DNA of 64,000 bases. It comes from Lobosporangium transversale. Lineage: Eukaryota. The first letter of the stretch is position 1. Every line of letters starts with the position of its first letter. Where the stretch lies: NCBI RefSeq assembly GCF_002105155.1, contig NW_019028992.1, positions 496,001 through 560,000 on the forward strand, given 5' to 3'. The position numbers were made by a program, and so were the translations under genes. The notes beneath the pieces are model-generated. The model was given only the letters and a program-made list of their open reading frames with translations. It did not search any database and was not told the DNA's origin. This document shows, piece by piece, positions 12,416 through 25,020 of this stretch.

Positions 12416-15400
12416 CTAATTCTGACCCCAGAACTGTTGATTGTTGTTATTGTTGGTGCGGCCGGAGCCTTGGTGCTGTCCCTGATGCTGACCAGGATGA
12501 TAGCCTTGATGATGGTTGGGATACTGATAGTTGGAAAACATGTGCTGTTGGTAGTATGCCTGTTGAACAGGATTCATTGCTCCAACTCCTTGCTGACCTT
12601 GAAGAGAGGCTCCGCCTGTGGGCTGAGGTCCCGCATTGGCAGACTTGTCAGAACCTCCATAGTTTGCAGAGTTGGAACTTCCTTTGTTAGCTCCTGCGTT
12701 CGATGCGCCCGCGCCTCCTTGTTGCTGTCCAGCTAAAAAGCTCTGCATGCCAGGGTTTCCATATTTGCCATAATGATCATTACCAAGTCCACCCATACCA
12801 TGAAGTCCAGCTCCAGACATATCATCATAACCTGACTGAGAATATTGGTGGTGACCACCTTGGCCTGCACCAGTCGAACCATAATTGCCATAAGGAGAGT
12901 TGTTCACTGATCCAGGTTTGTTGGAATGCTGTTGTTGCTGGTACATTGGATATATGTTCTTGTTCATGAAAGGTTGACCATATCCTGACTGCTGATATGC
13001 ATTAGGGAACTGGCTGTGCATATAATAGTAGGGATAAAATGGCATGCCTCCCATGTTGGGATAAGCTTGCTGTTGTTGAAGTGTCTGCTGTGCCTGTGTG
13101 GAGGCTGTTGAGGCCGCTCCTGTAGTGCTGACAGCGGCAGATGGGTCGTGACTATACTTGTTGTCACGAGTCTGGTAGCTATTAGCAGCAGTAACAGGCA
13201 TTTGGCCATACCCCGTTGGATCATAGTACATTGCACGCTGCATGTCATTTCCATAAAGTGCACCATAGTCATTGGGAAGAGTGCCCATTGGGCCCATACC
13301 AAAAGTACCCAGCTGATTAGCTGTAGGCATGTATGATCCATAGGGTGAGCTCATAGCATCATGACCCATTCCGGGATGATGATGATGGGGTTGGCCGAGA
13401 TAAGTGTTGATAGGGTTAGAAGGGTCCTGACCAGCATATATGGTATTGGACCCAGCAACTGATTGACCGGCGGCAGCGGGTGTTGCACCTTGGTATCCTG
13501 ACGCACCAGGAGGGTTATTAGGCTGGCGGCCATATGCAGCGGGCTGTTGCTGTGCTGTCTGAGATGGCTGAGTGGGCTGAGCTGATTGAGCTTGCTGAGC
13601 AAACTGAGCTTGCTGAACAGGTTGTGCTGGCTGGGCTTGTGGAGTTTGTGGAGCTGGTTGAGCTTGTTGAGCCGGCTGTGTTTGTTGAGGAGGCTGCACA
13701 GAGCCATTGGCCTCGGCTGGTTGATCGGGTTGCGTCTCCACCTTGACCTCTGGTTTCGTTTCTGGCGCTACTTCTTTCGTTACTTCAGGCTCAGTCTCTG
13801 GTTCGGCTGCATCCGCATCCGCGTCTACCTCCGCATCATCGTTCAAGGAGAAGCTTCCAAACTTGAGGCTAACGCTCTGAAGAGCGGAAGATCCACCAGG
13901 CATTACTACAGGAGCATCCTGGTTCAAGCGACGCGGCTGCGACGCGGGTTTTTGCTTCAATCCTGGAGGAGGACCAACTGGTGCAATAACGGCAGCGGGC
14001 GGTGAGGCAGCGGGTGTTTTCACTGGCTCTGGTTCTGTTTCTGGTTCTGATTCCCGTACTGGCTCAGATTCAGGCTCAGGTTGAGGCTGGACTTCTACTT
14101 CTGGTTCATGTGCAGGCTCTTCAATATCAGTTTGAGGTGTGGGTTCTGTTGCTTCTGGTTCAATAGTTTTCTCTTCCTGCGCTTCTTCAACAACAGGAGC
14201 GGATTCTATTGTAGGCTCAACAGTCGGTTCGTTAACAGGCTCATCAGGCTTTTGTTCTTCAATAGGTGCAGATGTGGATTGAGATGTAGGTTCATGTGTA
14301 GGTTCATGTGCAGGTGCAGGTGCAGTAGCGGGTATACTCTTTGGTGCAGGCCTAATATTCCAAATTTGATGATTACCAGTTAATTATTGGTCTATTCGCA
14401 AATAAGTTATTTCATATGCCAATCAATATTGTTCTCAAATACATACTTGACAATGTTAGCCCATGACATTTTGCTTGCAGTTGGAGCGGTAGGAGCGTTG
14501 ACTTTACGAGTAGAAGTTGCGCCACTTGAGGCTGCGGGTGTGTCCCATGAATCTGTAGTTGCTGAGGATGATGATGGTTTGTCATATGAATCTGTAGTTG
14601 TGGTAGACGTGGCAGGTGCACTCCATGAATCTGTACTAGTGGTATTCCAGTCAGGAGCGTCTCCTGAGTTTACGAGGGCAGCAGAATTTACTGAAGCATC
14701 TTTTGAATCGTCATGAGTACCATTCAAACTCTTTGCTGTTTCATCTTTGGCAGGCACTGCAGGCTCTGTCATAGACGTATGAGACCTAGCAATATTGGCA
14801 TATGATAGCCCGTTGCTTGGAGTGGTATCCACTTTACCAACAGTCCTTGATCCGCCCAATGCTGGATATGCCTCCATTTCCTTAGCAGTACGTCCATCAC
14901 CATTTTGGGCACGAGATGAGCCACCTTTGTTTGATCCACCGCGACCTCCGCGGGATCCATCTAATTCCAATATAATGACACAATCAAGGAAATGCGGCGG
15001 AAGTAAGGTTAGATACCATTTAACATACATTGCCTACATTCTTACAATAATCATAGCTAAAAAGGATATTCAAAGCAGAAGCAAGCAAAAACAGAGAAAA
15101 AAAAAAAAAAAAGTACCAGTTCGACCACGCGATCCACGATCTGTGAATGCGCCGCGCTGGGCGGTAGAGCGGTTGTCGGTTGTGGCCTTTGTCTTAACAG
15201 CCTTCTTCTTGCCCTTAACCTCGCCCCATTGAGAGGCATGGCCTATATTTTGATACCATAAAAAACAATAAGGTTAATATTCCATCAACATAAAAATAGA
15301 CGTCCCAAGATTGATGACAAGCCAGAGGAAAATTTTCTTTGCGGAGGACATAAATGAAACAATGTCCAATAGGCTGTATGCAAATCCACTTTCTTTCCTA

Positions 15401-16136
15401 TCATAAATGCCCTGCCCTGTTCTGCTCCGTCCTGTTCTTATCCCTGTAGTTGCCACCGATGTTTCTTTTTCATTTTTAGCAGGCGGGAAGAGGACCACAG
15501 CGGACACATTGAATTTAAAGTATAACCCCAGAACTCTTTTATATTATTAAATTGCCTGCCATTATTAAAATACATATTCAGTAGTACTAAAAGCTCGATC
15601 CCCCTTGCTTGTCATTTCACATTGACCCACATTAACGATAAACATCGTCATCAAACCACAAAAGGGAAGGAGAAAGATCCGCCGCCTCTTTGTCAGTCAA
15701 AAATTATGCTCTTCCTCGATGAGCCTCAATCCTTTTTCATGATGCCACAATTGTTTGTGCTCATGCAGACAATGACACAGAAACACGAATTTGCTGAGAA
15801 AAGGGGGGCAAATGAACTAAAAAGAAAGCAGGGCACAGAGAATAGGAAAGGGGGAGACACAAAGGTGACAATAGGGGAAAGAGTAAAAAAAAATGAGGAG
15901 TAAATCGCACCCTTAGACACCCTAACGTTTTTTTTAGTACCTTCAGTAATACGAAGAGTCGCTAGATTAGCATCTCCACCGGCGTCCTGAATGGCGTACA
16001 AGAGATCTTCCTCCGTCCAATCTGCAAAGAGCTCCTTCAATGACGCAAGTGATGCTCCGTGTTCACGACGAAGTTGACGGAGGTCTTCTGGTTCATCTTT
16101 ACCGCCTGAGCGTCTTTGTGTACTATGAAATGTCAT
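12416..16136 (-). CDS. DEF1: CUE/UBA-domain protein with Q/G/Y-rich low-complexity tail (Def1/UBAP2-like)
   Basis: Exons 16136-15940, 15242-15117, 14960-14447, 14351-12416. N-terminal LKELFADWTEEDLLYAIQDAGGD..RITEGHASQWGEVK, then SWANIVK, RRLNQDAPVVMPG and LKFGS motifs and a prion-like C-terminus. Probable 5'UTR intron 16666-16140. Confidence 0.85.
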
Positions 16137-16669
16137 TTGCTATGAAATCGAAAATAAAAATTGTTTTGATGTAAAAGTTGTGAATGCAATTAGTGTATGG
16201 ACAACAGTAGAAAATGAGCCGTGTTTAATGAATGAAAGGAAGAAAAAGAAGGAGAAAAATAAAAAGAAGAAAAAATAAAAAATAAAAAAAAATAACACGA
16301 CAACGAAAAAGATGCCGACAAAGTGTCCATTCTGGACAAAGTCGCGTGAGTTGTTGTAGATCAGATCATTCTTCTGCACCATTTAACAAATAATACCGCT
16401 CTCACGCACCCATTTTTTTTTTTCTTTTTCTTTTTTTATCACCCAAATACCACATCGATAATATCACTTCATCCATGACACTCCTACCCAATGATTGATA
16501 TACGACAAAGCCTTTTTTTCTTTTTTCTTTTTTTTTACAATTTACTGTATATCGCTCATAGTTCCATAATTTTCAATAGGGAGCCCTGGAGTAACCCTGG
16601 AAAATCCTGCAATAACTTTGTGAAGTGTTCATAAAAATATAGAAAAGAAAAAAAAGCATCGCTTACCTT

Positions 16670-17240
16670 ATTTGTATATAGAGTGTCTGTCTGTTTATCT
16701 GTCTGTGTTGCCTGCGTGTGAATGTGTGTCGTGTGAGGAAAGGCGCGTCTGGGGGGGTTCAGAGGGAAAGAGAAAGTTGAACTTGGAACAAGTTTTATAT
16801 CGATTGGGAACAGAGCAAAGGATAAAAAAATAGAAAATAAAAACGGTAGTGGAGAAAATGTTAAAAAAGAAGAAAAAGAAAAGGGAAGAAAAAGAAGTGC
16901 AGGCTGAGGTGTTTCCTGGCTACATCAGTCACCGGAGACAAACCAGACCACAATCACAGTTTCTTTTGCCTTTCTTGGCAATTACATTAATTAGCAATCT
17001 TTAAGTCCATATGTTTACCAATACGATTGATCTGCTTTGTGGATTGTCAATTCATGGATTATTGTGATGCACATGTCACCTGCTCATTGTTAACAGTTGC
17101 GATCTTCTGGCAACCCCTGCTACTCCTGCAGCCCTCGAGAAAATGGCAACTGTTATGTCAAGAACGATTTGGTCTTTTTTTCTTTTCCTCTCTCCCTCTC
17201 TTTTTCTTTCTCTCTCTGCTGTTTATTACAACGCTGCATT
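16670..17240. promoter_or_regulatory. Putative bidirectional promoter between the DEF1-like gene and eIF2-gamma
   Basis: Head-to-head genes. A 5'UTR donor (taag|gtaagc, minus strand) at 16666 places the DEF1 TSS just upstream. Pyrimidine-rich tracts face both directions. Confidence 0.5.
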
Positions 17241-18140
17241 ATGGCTACCACGACAGAAACACCTTTGGACTTGTCAAAGCTCCATGCCTTGTCCCATGAA
17301 GTTATCTCAAAACAGGCTACGATCAACATCGGTAAAAACACCGAAAAAGAAAAAAAAATAAAAAATAAAAAATAACAAATAAAAATAAAAATTGATCCAG
17401 GAGCAATTTGTCAACAGAAACAGTGATCGTCAAAGCGTTATAGAGCAGACAGGATCAACAGGTGCTGGATTCATCAAAACTTTTTTTTATTTATTGATTT
17501 ACTTTCATGATCATCAGGTACCATTGGACACGTAGCTCACGGTAAATCGACTGTGGTTAAGGCCATCTCAGGAGTTCAGGTATGCAATACTCTCATGAAG
17601 ACTGCTCTTAAGGTTATTTTGTTATTGTATTCCGCAGTATCCTAATGGAACAACATGAAATACCCTTTTCTGGTCTGGAAAAATGATTTCAATAGACTGT
17701 TCGTTTCAAGAACGAGTTGGAGCGTAACATTACCATCAAACTGGGATACGCAAATGCCAAGGTATTTGTTTTTCCTTGACTTTTCCTTATTGCAGGGAAA
17801 ATAATGAATGACAAGGACAGTATGTTGAACATCGGTCTATTTCTGTTGCTTTGCCCGTCTATTCTTTCAGATTTATAAATGTCAAAATGAGGCATGTCCC
17901 CGTCCTGGGTGCTACAAGTCCTACCGCAGTAGCATGGAGGACAACCCCAAGTGTGAACGTCCCTTCTGTGGTGGAACCATGAAGCTAGAGAGGTACAAGG
18001 ATCTTCAAAAAGTCATTAAAGTAGTGCAATGGTTTCAGGATTATCAACGTCATGTTCGCTTGCCAAATATCTCACCGTTGCACCTTTTGCTTTTCATACA
18101 TATAGACATGTCTCGTTCGTCGACTGCCCTGGTATACTTT

Positions 18141-18183
<43 letters not shown>

Positions 18184-19555
18184 ATTTTTTCCTTTTCAAT
18201 TTTTTCTATAGACAGTGATTGAAAGAACTGAACCATTGCCAGTTTGTCTTTAAAGCTCGGAACAACTGAAGATTTACTTGTTTTGGTTTTACTCTACATA
18301 GGACACGATATTCTCATGGCCACCATGTTGAACGGAGCAGCTGTCATGGATGCAGCTTTGTTGTTGGTTGCAGCTAACGAATCTTGCCCTCAGCCTCAAA
18401 CTAGTGAACATTTGGCTGCTATTGAGATTATGAAGCTTGAGCACATCATCATTTTGCAGAACAAAGTGGATTTGATCAAGGAATCAGCCGCTCAGGAGCA
18501 TTATCAGAGCATCTTGCAGTTCATCAAGGGAACCATTGCAGATTCTGCACCTATCGTCCCTATCTCTGCACAGCTCAAGTACAACATTGATGCTGTCAAC
18601 GAGTACATTGTCAAACGAATCCCTATCCCTGTCCGTGATTTCACTGCAGACCCTCGTCTCATTGTCATTCGTTCCTTTGATGTCAACAAGCCCGGAGCTG
18701 AGGTCGACAGCTTGACAGGAGGTATTGCTGGTGGCTCCATTCTCAGCGGAGTGTTAAAGGCAGGTCAATTTTAATGCTCAACCTTTTTTTTTTTCAGTCA
18801 ACGAACTTTTTCATGTTTGTGCAAGGAATAAATTTGGCCTTGCTCAAAAAAAAAAAAAAAAAAGGTATACTAATGCTTTCCATTCCTTTTTTTTTTTTTT
18901 TAACTTGATAGCTTGGAGATGAGATTGAGATTCGTCCTGGTATTGTTACAAAGGATAGTGAAGGCAAGATCAAGTGTAGACCTATTTTCTCTCGTATTGT
19001 AACTCTTTTGGCAGAGAGTAACAACCTCAAGTTTGCAGTCCCCGGTGGTTTGATTGGTGTCGGAACCAAGATTGACCCTACTTTGTGCCGCGCAGATCGT
19101 TTGGTTGGTCAGGTATTGGGCGCAGTTGGCAAGCTGCCCGAGGTTTACTCAGAATTGGAAATCAACTACTTCTTGCTTCGTCGCCTTTTGGGTGTCAAAA
19201 CAGATGACAAGAAGCAGGCCAAGGTCACCAAGTTGACCAAGAATGAAGTTTTAATGGTCAATATTGGGTCGACCTCCACTGGTGGACGTGTTATCCAGGT
19301 GAAGAACGATATTGCCAAGATTGCTCTTACTGGTCTTGCATGCTCAGAGTACGTATTTTCATTATTATCACCATTATTTTTTTGTGTGAGTTAAATATAA
19401 CTGGTAACAAATTAACTTTATGACTTTTTTTTCATTTTTTTCTTTTTCATCCGCTCAGGTCTGGCGCCAACGTTGCTTTGTCGCGCCGTATTGCCAACCA
19501 CTGGCGTTTGATTGGATGGGGCCAGATCACTCGTGGCTCTGCTGTCCCTATTTGA
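17241..19555 (+). CDS. GCD11: Translation initiation factor eIF2 gamma subunit
   Basis: Exons 17241-17331, 17518-17579, 17696-17761, 17871-17992, 18106-18131, 18302-18759, 18912-19348, 19459-19555. Motifs [29 protein letters not shown]. Intron 6 is GC-AG. Confidence 0.97.
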
Positions 19556-19921
19556 GAAACTAGTGATAGAGTTTAAAAGTGGAGAGTGAGGAAAGATGCA
19601 GAAGAATCTAGAGAGAAATATTACAAAAAAAAAAAAAAAAAAAGTTTTATCTTCTACCTGGATGTATATTGTATTTCACCCGTAAACTTTGCATTGACCT
19701 AAAAGCGTAGTAGCATGTTTTTATTTACTTTGAACACTCTGACCTTTTATCTTGAACTGGGATGCCTATAGTATTTACTAGGGGACATATTATGCATCGC
19801 TCCTTGAGGTAGTAAGAGGATACTTTGGTAAAATACTAGCTATTAAAAGGTCCCAGCATGTCGCTATCTATACACTCTTAATCTCATCCTTACTCCATCA
19901 CTCCATCAACTCTTTTGCATT

Positions 19922-21146
19922 ATGAACAAGCTCAAATGAGATATCCCAGAAATTGTTTCGCTTGTTGGTGGCTTCCTTGATCAAGGTGACCTCGTACGTT
20001 GCATTCGCATTTTCAAGGCTTTTCATGATATACTGGCTCATTTAGGGAAAGATCGGTTTCGTCAGATCCAACTCATGAAGTTCAGCATCATCCTACTAAT
20101 GAAGCACTGGAGATGCACAAGAAATAGATTGAGGACCCTAAGCTTGATAGCTTCTTCCTGACGAAGTACATGTCATTGCAAGGCTGTGATCACCTCTAAT
20201 CCATATTTTGTATCAACAAGTGTCAATTCGATATGAGTCCGGTCTTCGACTTAATCAAGTCTCATAGCTCCACGATCACCCATTTTACATTTGAATCCCC
20301 AAGTTTACGAGGAATAAGGGAGGTACTCACCTTGAAGAGTTGGCCATTTATAATCCACGTATACTCGATGATGAAGTCGACCTGTTCTTTCAAGTCTGCA
20401 AGAAACTTCGGTTTTTGAAAATGACTCGGGTAGCCATCAACCGGGTACTTTTCGCCTTTTTGGATGACAACGCGGACAAATTCATACTCCCATATATGGG
20501 CGCACTGGATCTTCAGAATGTCCAAATACTCAGCCCTTCACATACATCACCATATTGCCTCGGCGTTTTAACCAGAAGGTGTCCAGGATTACGTTCATTT
20601 ATTTTTTATGATTATCCTTGGCTCCCTGAAATTGAACAAGACAGTGTTCCTTCATATACGCTGACAAATCTATTAGATCTATACTATAAAATCAAAGGAC
20701 GGAAGTATGGCAGGACTTCTCGCACAGATGGTGGACAAAACGTACGAAGAAGGGAGCAGAGACTCTGCGGTACAATTGAGATACTAGAACTCGATAGAAA
20801 AGTAGAAGGGGCTGATGATGTTGTTCAAACAATGCTACTTAATTGTCCACGTCTGATGAAACTGGAGGGCCTAAACACAGTAACAAAAATGTCTGCCACA
20901 GAATGGGTCAACACTGGATTGACTGGAATGTTGGTCAGGCTTGAGGTTGATGTTGATCAAAAGATTATAGAAGGTATGCGAATGCAGCGTATTGCATTTA
21001 GGTGGCCAGACAAGTTAGCTCAGCTACATATCCTTGACCTGGCATCTGCTCACAAGATGAGGGAAATCGAACTCAAATGGTGCATATATATAGCCACAAG
21101 CGACGTAAACTCTTGGGAAGTTTGGCGGGGGCTTCTGCTACCATAA
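19922..21146 (+). pseudogene. F-box/LRR (RNI-like) paralog 1, disrupted
   Basis: MNKLK*DIPEIVSLVGGFLDQGDLVRCIRIFKAFH matches the N-termini of the neighbouring copies. Several stops and frameshifts. ORF 20340-21146 matches their C-terminal halves. Confidence 0.85.
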
Positions 21147-21414
21147 CGTTAGTTTTGCTACTGCAATAAGCAATCGCTCAAACTGTATTTCGGAAGATGC
21201 TATCTTGCATTGGTTTGAAGAATGACTAAGTCTACAAGTAAATTGATTATGCAACATGTCTTATCTTTCAAGAGCATCCTTCTTTTCATGAACAAAAAAC
21301 GCAAGCTAATGAAAAGAAATAAAAGGAAAAAATAACGTTCGGCACCTAGCATGTAGTTTAAGTAGAAGACTGTAAGGGGAAGTGATACTCCATCGGTTCT
21401 TACTGGGGTACATG

Positions 21415-21447
<33 letters not shown>

Positions 21448-21536
21448 TGGCTTGAAAAAAAATGGCGGCAAAGTGGCAAAATTGTCAACATGTCACGCAT
21501 TCTTCATCATAATCTCGCTTCATCATTTCTCTTTGC

Positions 21537-22976
21537 ATGGCGAATAGCAAAAACCTGAATCCCTTGGATCTCCCAGAAATCATTTCGCGAGTTGGTGTCT
21601 TCCTTAGTCGAGATGATATCCTGCATTGTATCCAAGTCTGCAAGGCTTTCCACAATACACTTGTCAAATCCATTTGGAAAAGGGTCGTTATAGTAGACTC
21701 AAGATATCCTACCGAAGAAGCATTACAGAACTACAAGGAATACATTGAGGAGCTCGTATTTCACAATAACTTCCCAAAGGAGTGCGTGTCATTACAAGGC
21801 TGTAATCGGCTCCGATTCATCGAGTCTATAGCGCAAGACCCATCCGATCTGAGTCAGGTTGTCAACTTGATCAAATTTCATAGTTCCACAATTACCGGGC
21901 TTAGGTTTAGATGCTCGCATTTATGGGGGATATGGGAAGCCCTAATGGAATGCGTCCACCTTGAAACCCTGACTATTTACGATTCAAACATACTACTCGA
22001 TGGAGTCGATCCTTTTTTTCAGGTCTGCAAGAAAATTAAGACCTTGATCATGTCCGACGTAGGAATCCTTCGGTTACCTTCCGGATTCGTGGACGATAAC
22101 ACGGATGAATTCATTTTTCCAAATGTGCGCAAACTAGAGCTTCAGAATGTTCGGATACGCTGCCCTCTACAACAGCATTCATCATCGTATTGTCTCGGCA
22201 TATTGACTAGAAGATGTCCAAGATTACGTTCATTGAGTTTCTATGATCTCAGATGGGGCACCCAAAGTACACAGCAAACAGATATCGATTACTACAGGAC
22301 AGCATTCCAGTATCACTTATACACGCTCACAAAACTATTGGATCTGTCCCTTATAAGTATGCAATTAAAGGACGAGGAAATGGCGGCACTTCTCAAACAG
22401 ATGACTGAACTAAGGCAGCTAGTTGTCCCAGAATGTGATTTCGGTCCACTTTCCCTTCAAGAATTACTAGCAGATACACAGGAGATTAGGGATGGTGAAC
22501 GCCTAGTGCGAAAAAGAAGGGAGCGGAGACTCTGCGATACACTTGAGGATCTGAGCTTCAATAGACGAGCTAAAAGCCCCGATGGCATTGTCCAAACAAT
22601 ACTATCTAATTGCCCACGCCTGAAGACACTATGGGGACCTAAAATCACAGTGACAGAGATTGCCAGCGGTGTAGAATGGGTTAGCACTGAACTGACTACC
22701 ATGGAGGTCATCCTTGAGGTGGATGTTGATCAAAAGACTGTAGAGGGCATGCGAATGCAGCGTATTGCGTTTAGGCAGCTAGGCAAGCTGACTCGGCTAC
22801 AGAGCCTTGGTCTGACCGGGCTCTATTCATCATATGAGAAAACTCGGACACTAGACTTGAAGTTAAGTGCAGGTCTGGATGAGCTGGTCAACCTGAAGAA
22901 CCTGCGTTGGTTATCGTTTAGTCGAGATGATGACCAGGAAATCCAACCTGAGGACAACGGATATTTACTTTGCTAA
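21537..22976 (+). CDS. F-box/LRR (RNI-like) protein, paralog 2, intronless
   Basis: 479-aa ORF with an N-terminal F-box (NPLDLPEIISRVGVFL...CIQVCKAFH...IW) followed by degenerate LRRs (CPRLRSL, CPRLKTL, LTRLQSL). Confidence 0.88.
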   Translation: MANSKNLNPLDLPEIISRVGVFLSRDDILHCIQVCKAFHNTLVKSIWKRVVIVDSRYPTEEALQNYKEYIEELVFHNNFPKECVSLQGCNRLRFIESIAQDPSDLSQVVNLIKFHSSTITGLRFRCSHLWGIWEALMECVHLETLTIYDSNILLDGVDPFFQVCKKIKTLIMSDVGILRLPSGFVDDNTDEFIFPNVRKLELQNVRIRCPLQQHSSSYCLGILTRRCPRLRSLSFYDLRWGTQSTQQTDIDYYRTAFQYHLYTLTKLLDLSLISMQLKDEEMAALLKQMTELRQLVVPECDFGPLSLQELLADTQEIRDGERLVRKRRERRLCDTLEDLSFNRRAKSPDGIVQTILSNCPRLKTLWGPKITVTEIASGVEWVSTELTTMEVILEVDVDQKTVEGMRMQRIAFRQLGKLTRLQSLGLTGLYSSYEKTRTLDLKLSAGLDELVNLKNLRWLSFSRDDDQEIQPEDNGYLLC

Positions 22977-23697
22977 TAGAAATGTGGTAATTGCAATAAT
23001 AAAAGAGGAAACGATGGTGGTCGTTATGACTCGAGCGGTAAATATCTAGCTGCAAAGGACATTCGTAAACTGTTTGGGAGATTAAAAGGACCTTCTGTCA
23101 GTTTCGATATAGCAATCAATCAAAGTATGCTTAGAAAATATAGAAACAATGATCAGGTTGTAGAGTGAGGCAATGCATTTTTTTCATTTTGGAAATGATC
23201 AACTCTACTTGATTTAAATGTCTTTGCAAAGACATTTTGCTTATATTGGCCTCGATAATATACACAACAAAGCGACACGACGTAAGGCCACGAATGTATC
23301 CTGGCGGTCATTGACACGAGCGATAACCAACTGTTTTTATTGATTCAGAAGATCAGAAAATAATGAAAGATGAACTTGTGGCCCTTGCCTTAGGAAGGCC
23401 AAGAAATATATATATTTCTGTTATCACGGTCTGCAATTACAAGCAGCTTGTCATATCTATGATGCTGTTTCTCAGGAAGATGACGCATCAGGTTAATTGA
23501 TTCCGTGATATCTCAAGGAACAAAAGCGCAAACCAAATAGAAGCCCTGTTTAATATTAACAGAGGTATACAGTTAAATTGAGGTAGAGTGATATTCTATC
23601 GACCCTGGCCTTAAAAATCTTTTGGCCAAAAAAAAAAAAAAAAAAAAAAAAAGCCGTTCTTGTACACACTCTCAATCTCCTTCCTTCATCTCTTCAC

Positions 23698-25020
23698 ATG
23701 ATGAGCAGCAACAAATTGAATCCCTTGGAGAGTCCAGAGATTGTTTCACTTGTTGGTGAATTTCTAGACCAAGATGATCTCTTGAGTTGCATTCGTGTCT
23801 CCAAAATTTTCCATAATACACTCGTTAAAGCTTTATGGAAGAAGATCATTGTTAAATCAAGATACCCTAGTGGGGAAGCACTGCAGAATTACAAGCAACA
23901 CATCGAGGATCTTTCGCTTTATGGCAACTTCCCAAAGGAGTACGCGTTATTGCAAGGTTGTGTTCGCCTCAAACGTATCGGTTACTATCCAGGAGTATCC
24001 CAGGACTCTCTCACTCCTAATCAACTTTCCAATCTCATCAAGGCCCACAGCTCCACTATCATTGAGCTTAGGCTCTACTATTCAAGGTTACAGGATATAT
24101 GGGGAGCATTGTTAAAGTGCACTTATCTTGAAAACCTGATCATTCGTGAAGTATATATACTTGATGATGAAATCGATCTCTTCTTTCAAGTTTGCAAGAA
24201 ACTTCGGTGCTTAGACATGACTAACGTAACCATCGATCAGCTACCTTCCAACTTCTTGGACGACAACACGGACAAATTCATTTTCTCCAATATGGACACA
24301 ATAGACCTTCAGGATGTCTGTATACTTAACCCTCCACTGCCGTATACATCATCATATGGCATTGGCATGTTAGTCAGGAGATGTCCAAGATTACGTTCAT
24401 TAAATTTCTGTATCGAAAGGGTGCACTACAGCATACGGCAAACACATTTTGATTTCTACAAGGCAGCGCTCCTTCATCAACCCTACACACTGATAAAACT
24501 ATCACATCTATTCCTTATAAGCATGCAATTAAAGGACGAGGAAATGGCGGCACTTCTCAAACAGATGACTGAACTAAGGCAGTTAGTTGTCCCAGAATGT
24601 GATTTCGGTCCACTCTCTCTTCGAGAATTACTAGCAGATACACAGGAGATTTGGGACGCTGGACACCTAGTGCGAAAAAGAAGGGAGCAGAGGCTCTGCG
24701 ATACAGTAGAAGAGCTGCACTTCTCTACGCTAAGCAAAAGGACGAATGGCATTGCTCAAGCGATCTTATCCAGCTGTCCACGTCTGCAGAGTCTGTGGGG
24801 ACCTACAATGACGGTGACGGAGGTTGTCAATGGCGCAGAATGGGTTAGCACTGGACTGACTGCCATGGATGTTGGTCTTGAGGTTGATGTTGATCAAGAG
24901 ACCGCAGAAGGCAAGGACAAGGGCCGCATTGTGTATGAACGGGTCCGTAAATTGACTCAACTACGGCCTTACGATGCTTTAGAGTATAGCCGTCTATTAT
25001 CTTTTGCAGGCCTGACTTGA
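23698..25020 (+). CDS. F-box/LRR (RNI-like) protein, paralog 3, intronless, C-terminally shifted
   Basis: 440-aa ORF, NPLESPEIVSLVGEFL...CIRVSKIFH, collinear with paralog 2. Confidence 0.85.
   Translation: MMSSNKLNPLESPEIVSLVGEFLDQDDLLSCIRVSKIFHNTLVKALWKKIIVKSRYPSGEALQNYKQHIEDLSLYGNFPKEYALLQGCVRLKRIGYYPGVSQDSLTPNQLSNLIKAHSSTIIELRLYYSRLQDIWGALLKCTYLENLIIREVYILDDEIDLFFQVCKKLRCLDMTNVTIDQLPSNFLDDNTDKFIFSNMDTIDLQDVCILNPPLPYTSSYGIGMLVRRCPRLRSLNFCIERVHYSIRQTHFDFYKAALLHQPYTLIKLSHLFLISMQLKDEEMAALLKQMTELRQLVVPECDFGPLSLRELLADTQEIWDAGHLVRKRREQRLCDTVEELHFSTLSKRTNGIAQAILSSCPRLQSLWGPTMTVTEVVNGAEWVSTGLTAMDVGLEVDVDQETAEGKDKGRIVYERVRKLTQLRPYDALEYSRLLSFAGLT

Noticed and set aside
9782..14716. Numerous antisense ORFs over eIF2beta and DEF1 (also over bHLH, REEP and DET1)
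   Set aside because: Shadow ORFs of low-complexity coding sequence with no recognisable motifs.
15578..15655. Possible C/D box snoRNA in DEF1 intron 1 (minus strand TGATGA...CTGA, about 75 nt)
   Set aside because: No terminal stem, the C box lacks its leading purine, and the 9-nt rRNA-like match (AAAAGCTCG) is not adjacent to a D box. Would need an Rfam/snoscan hit.
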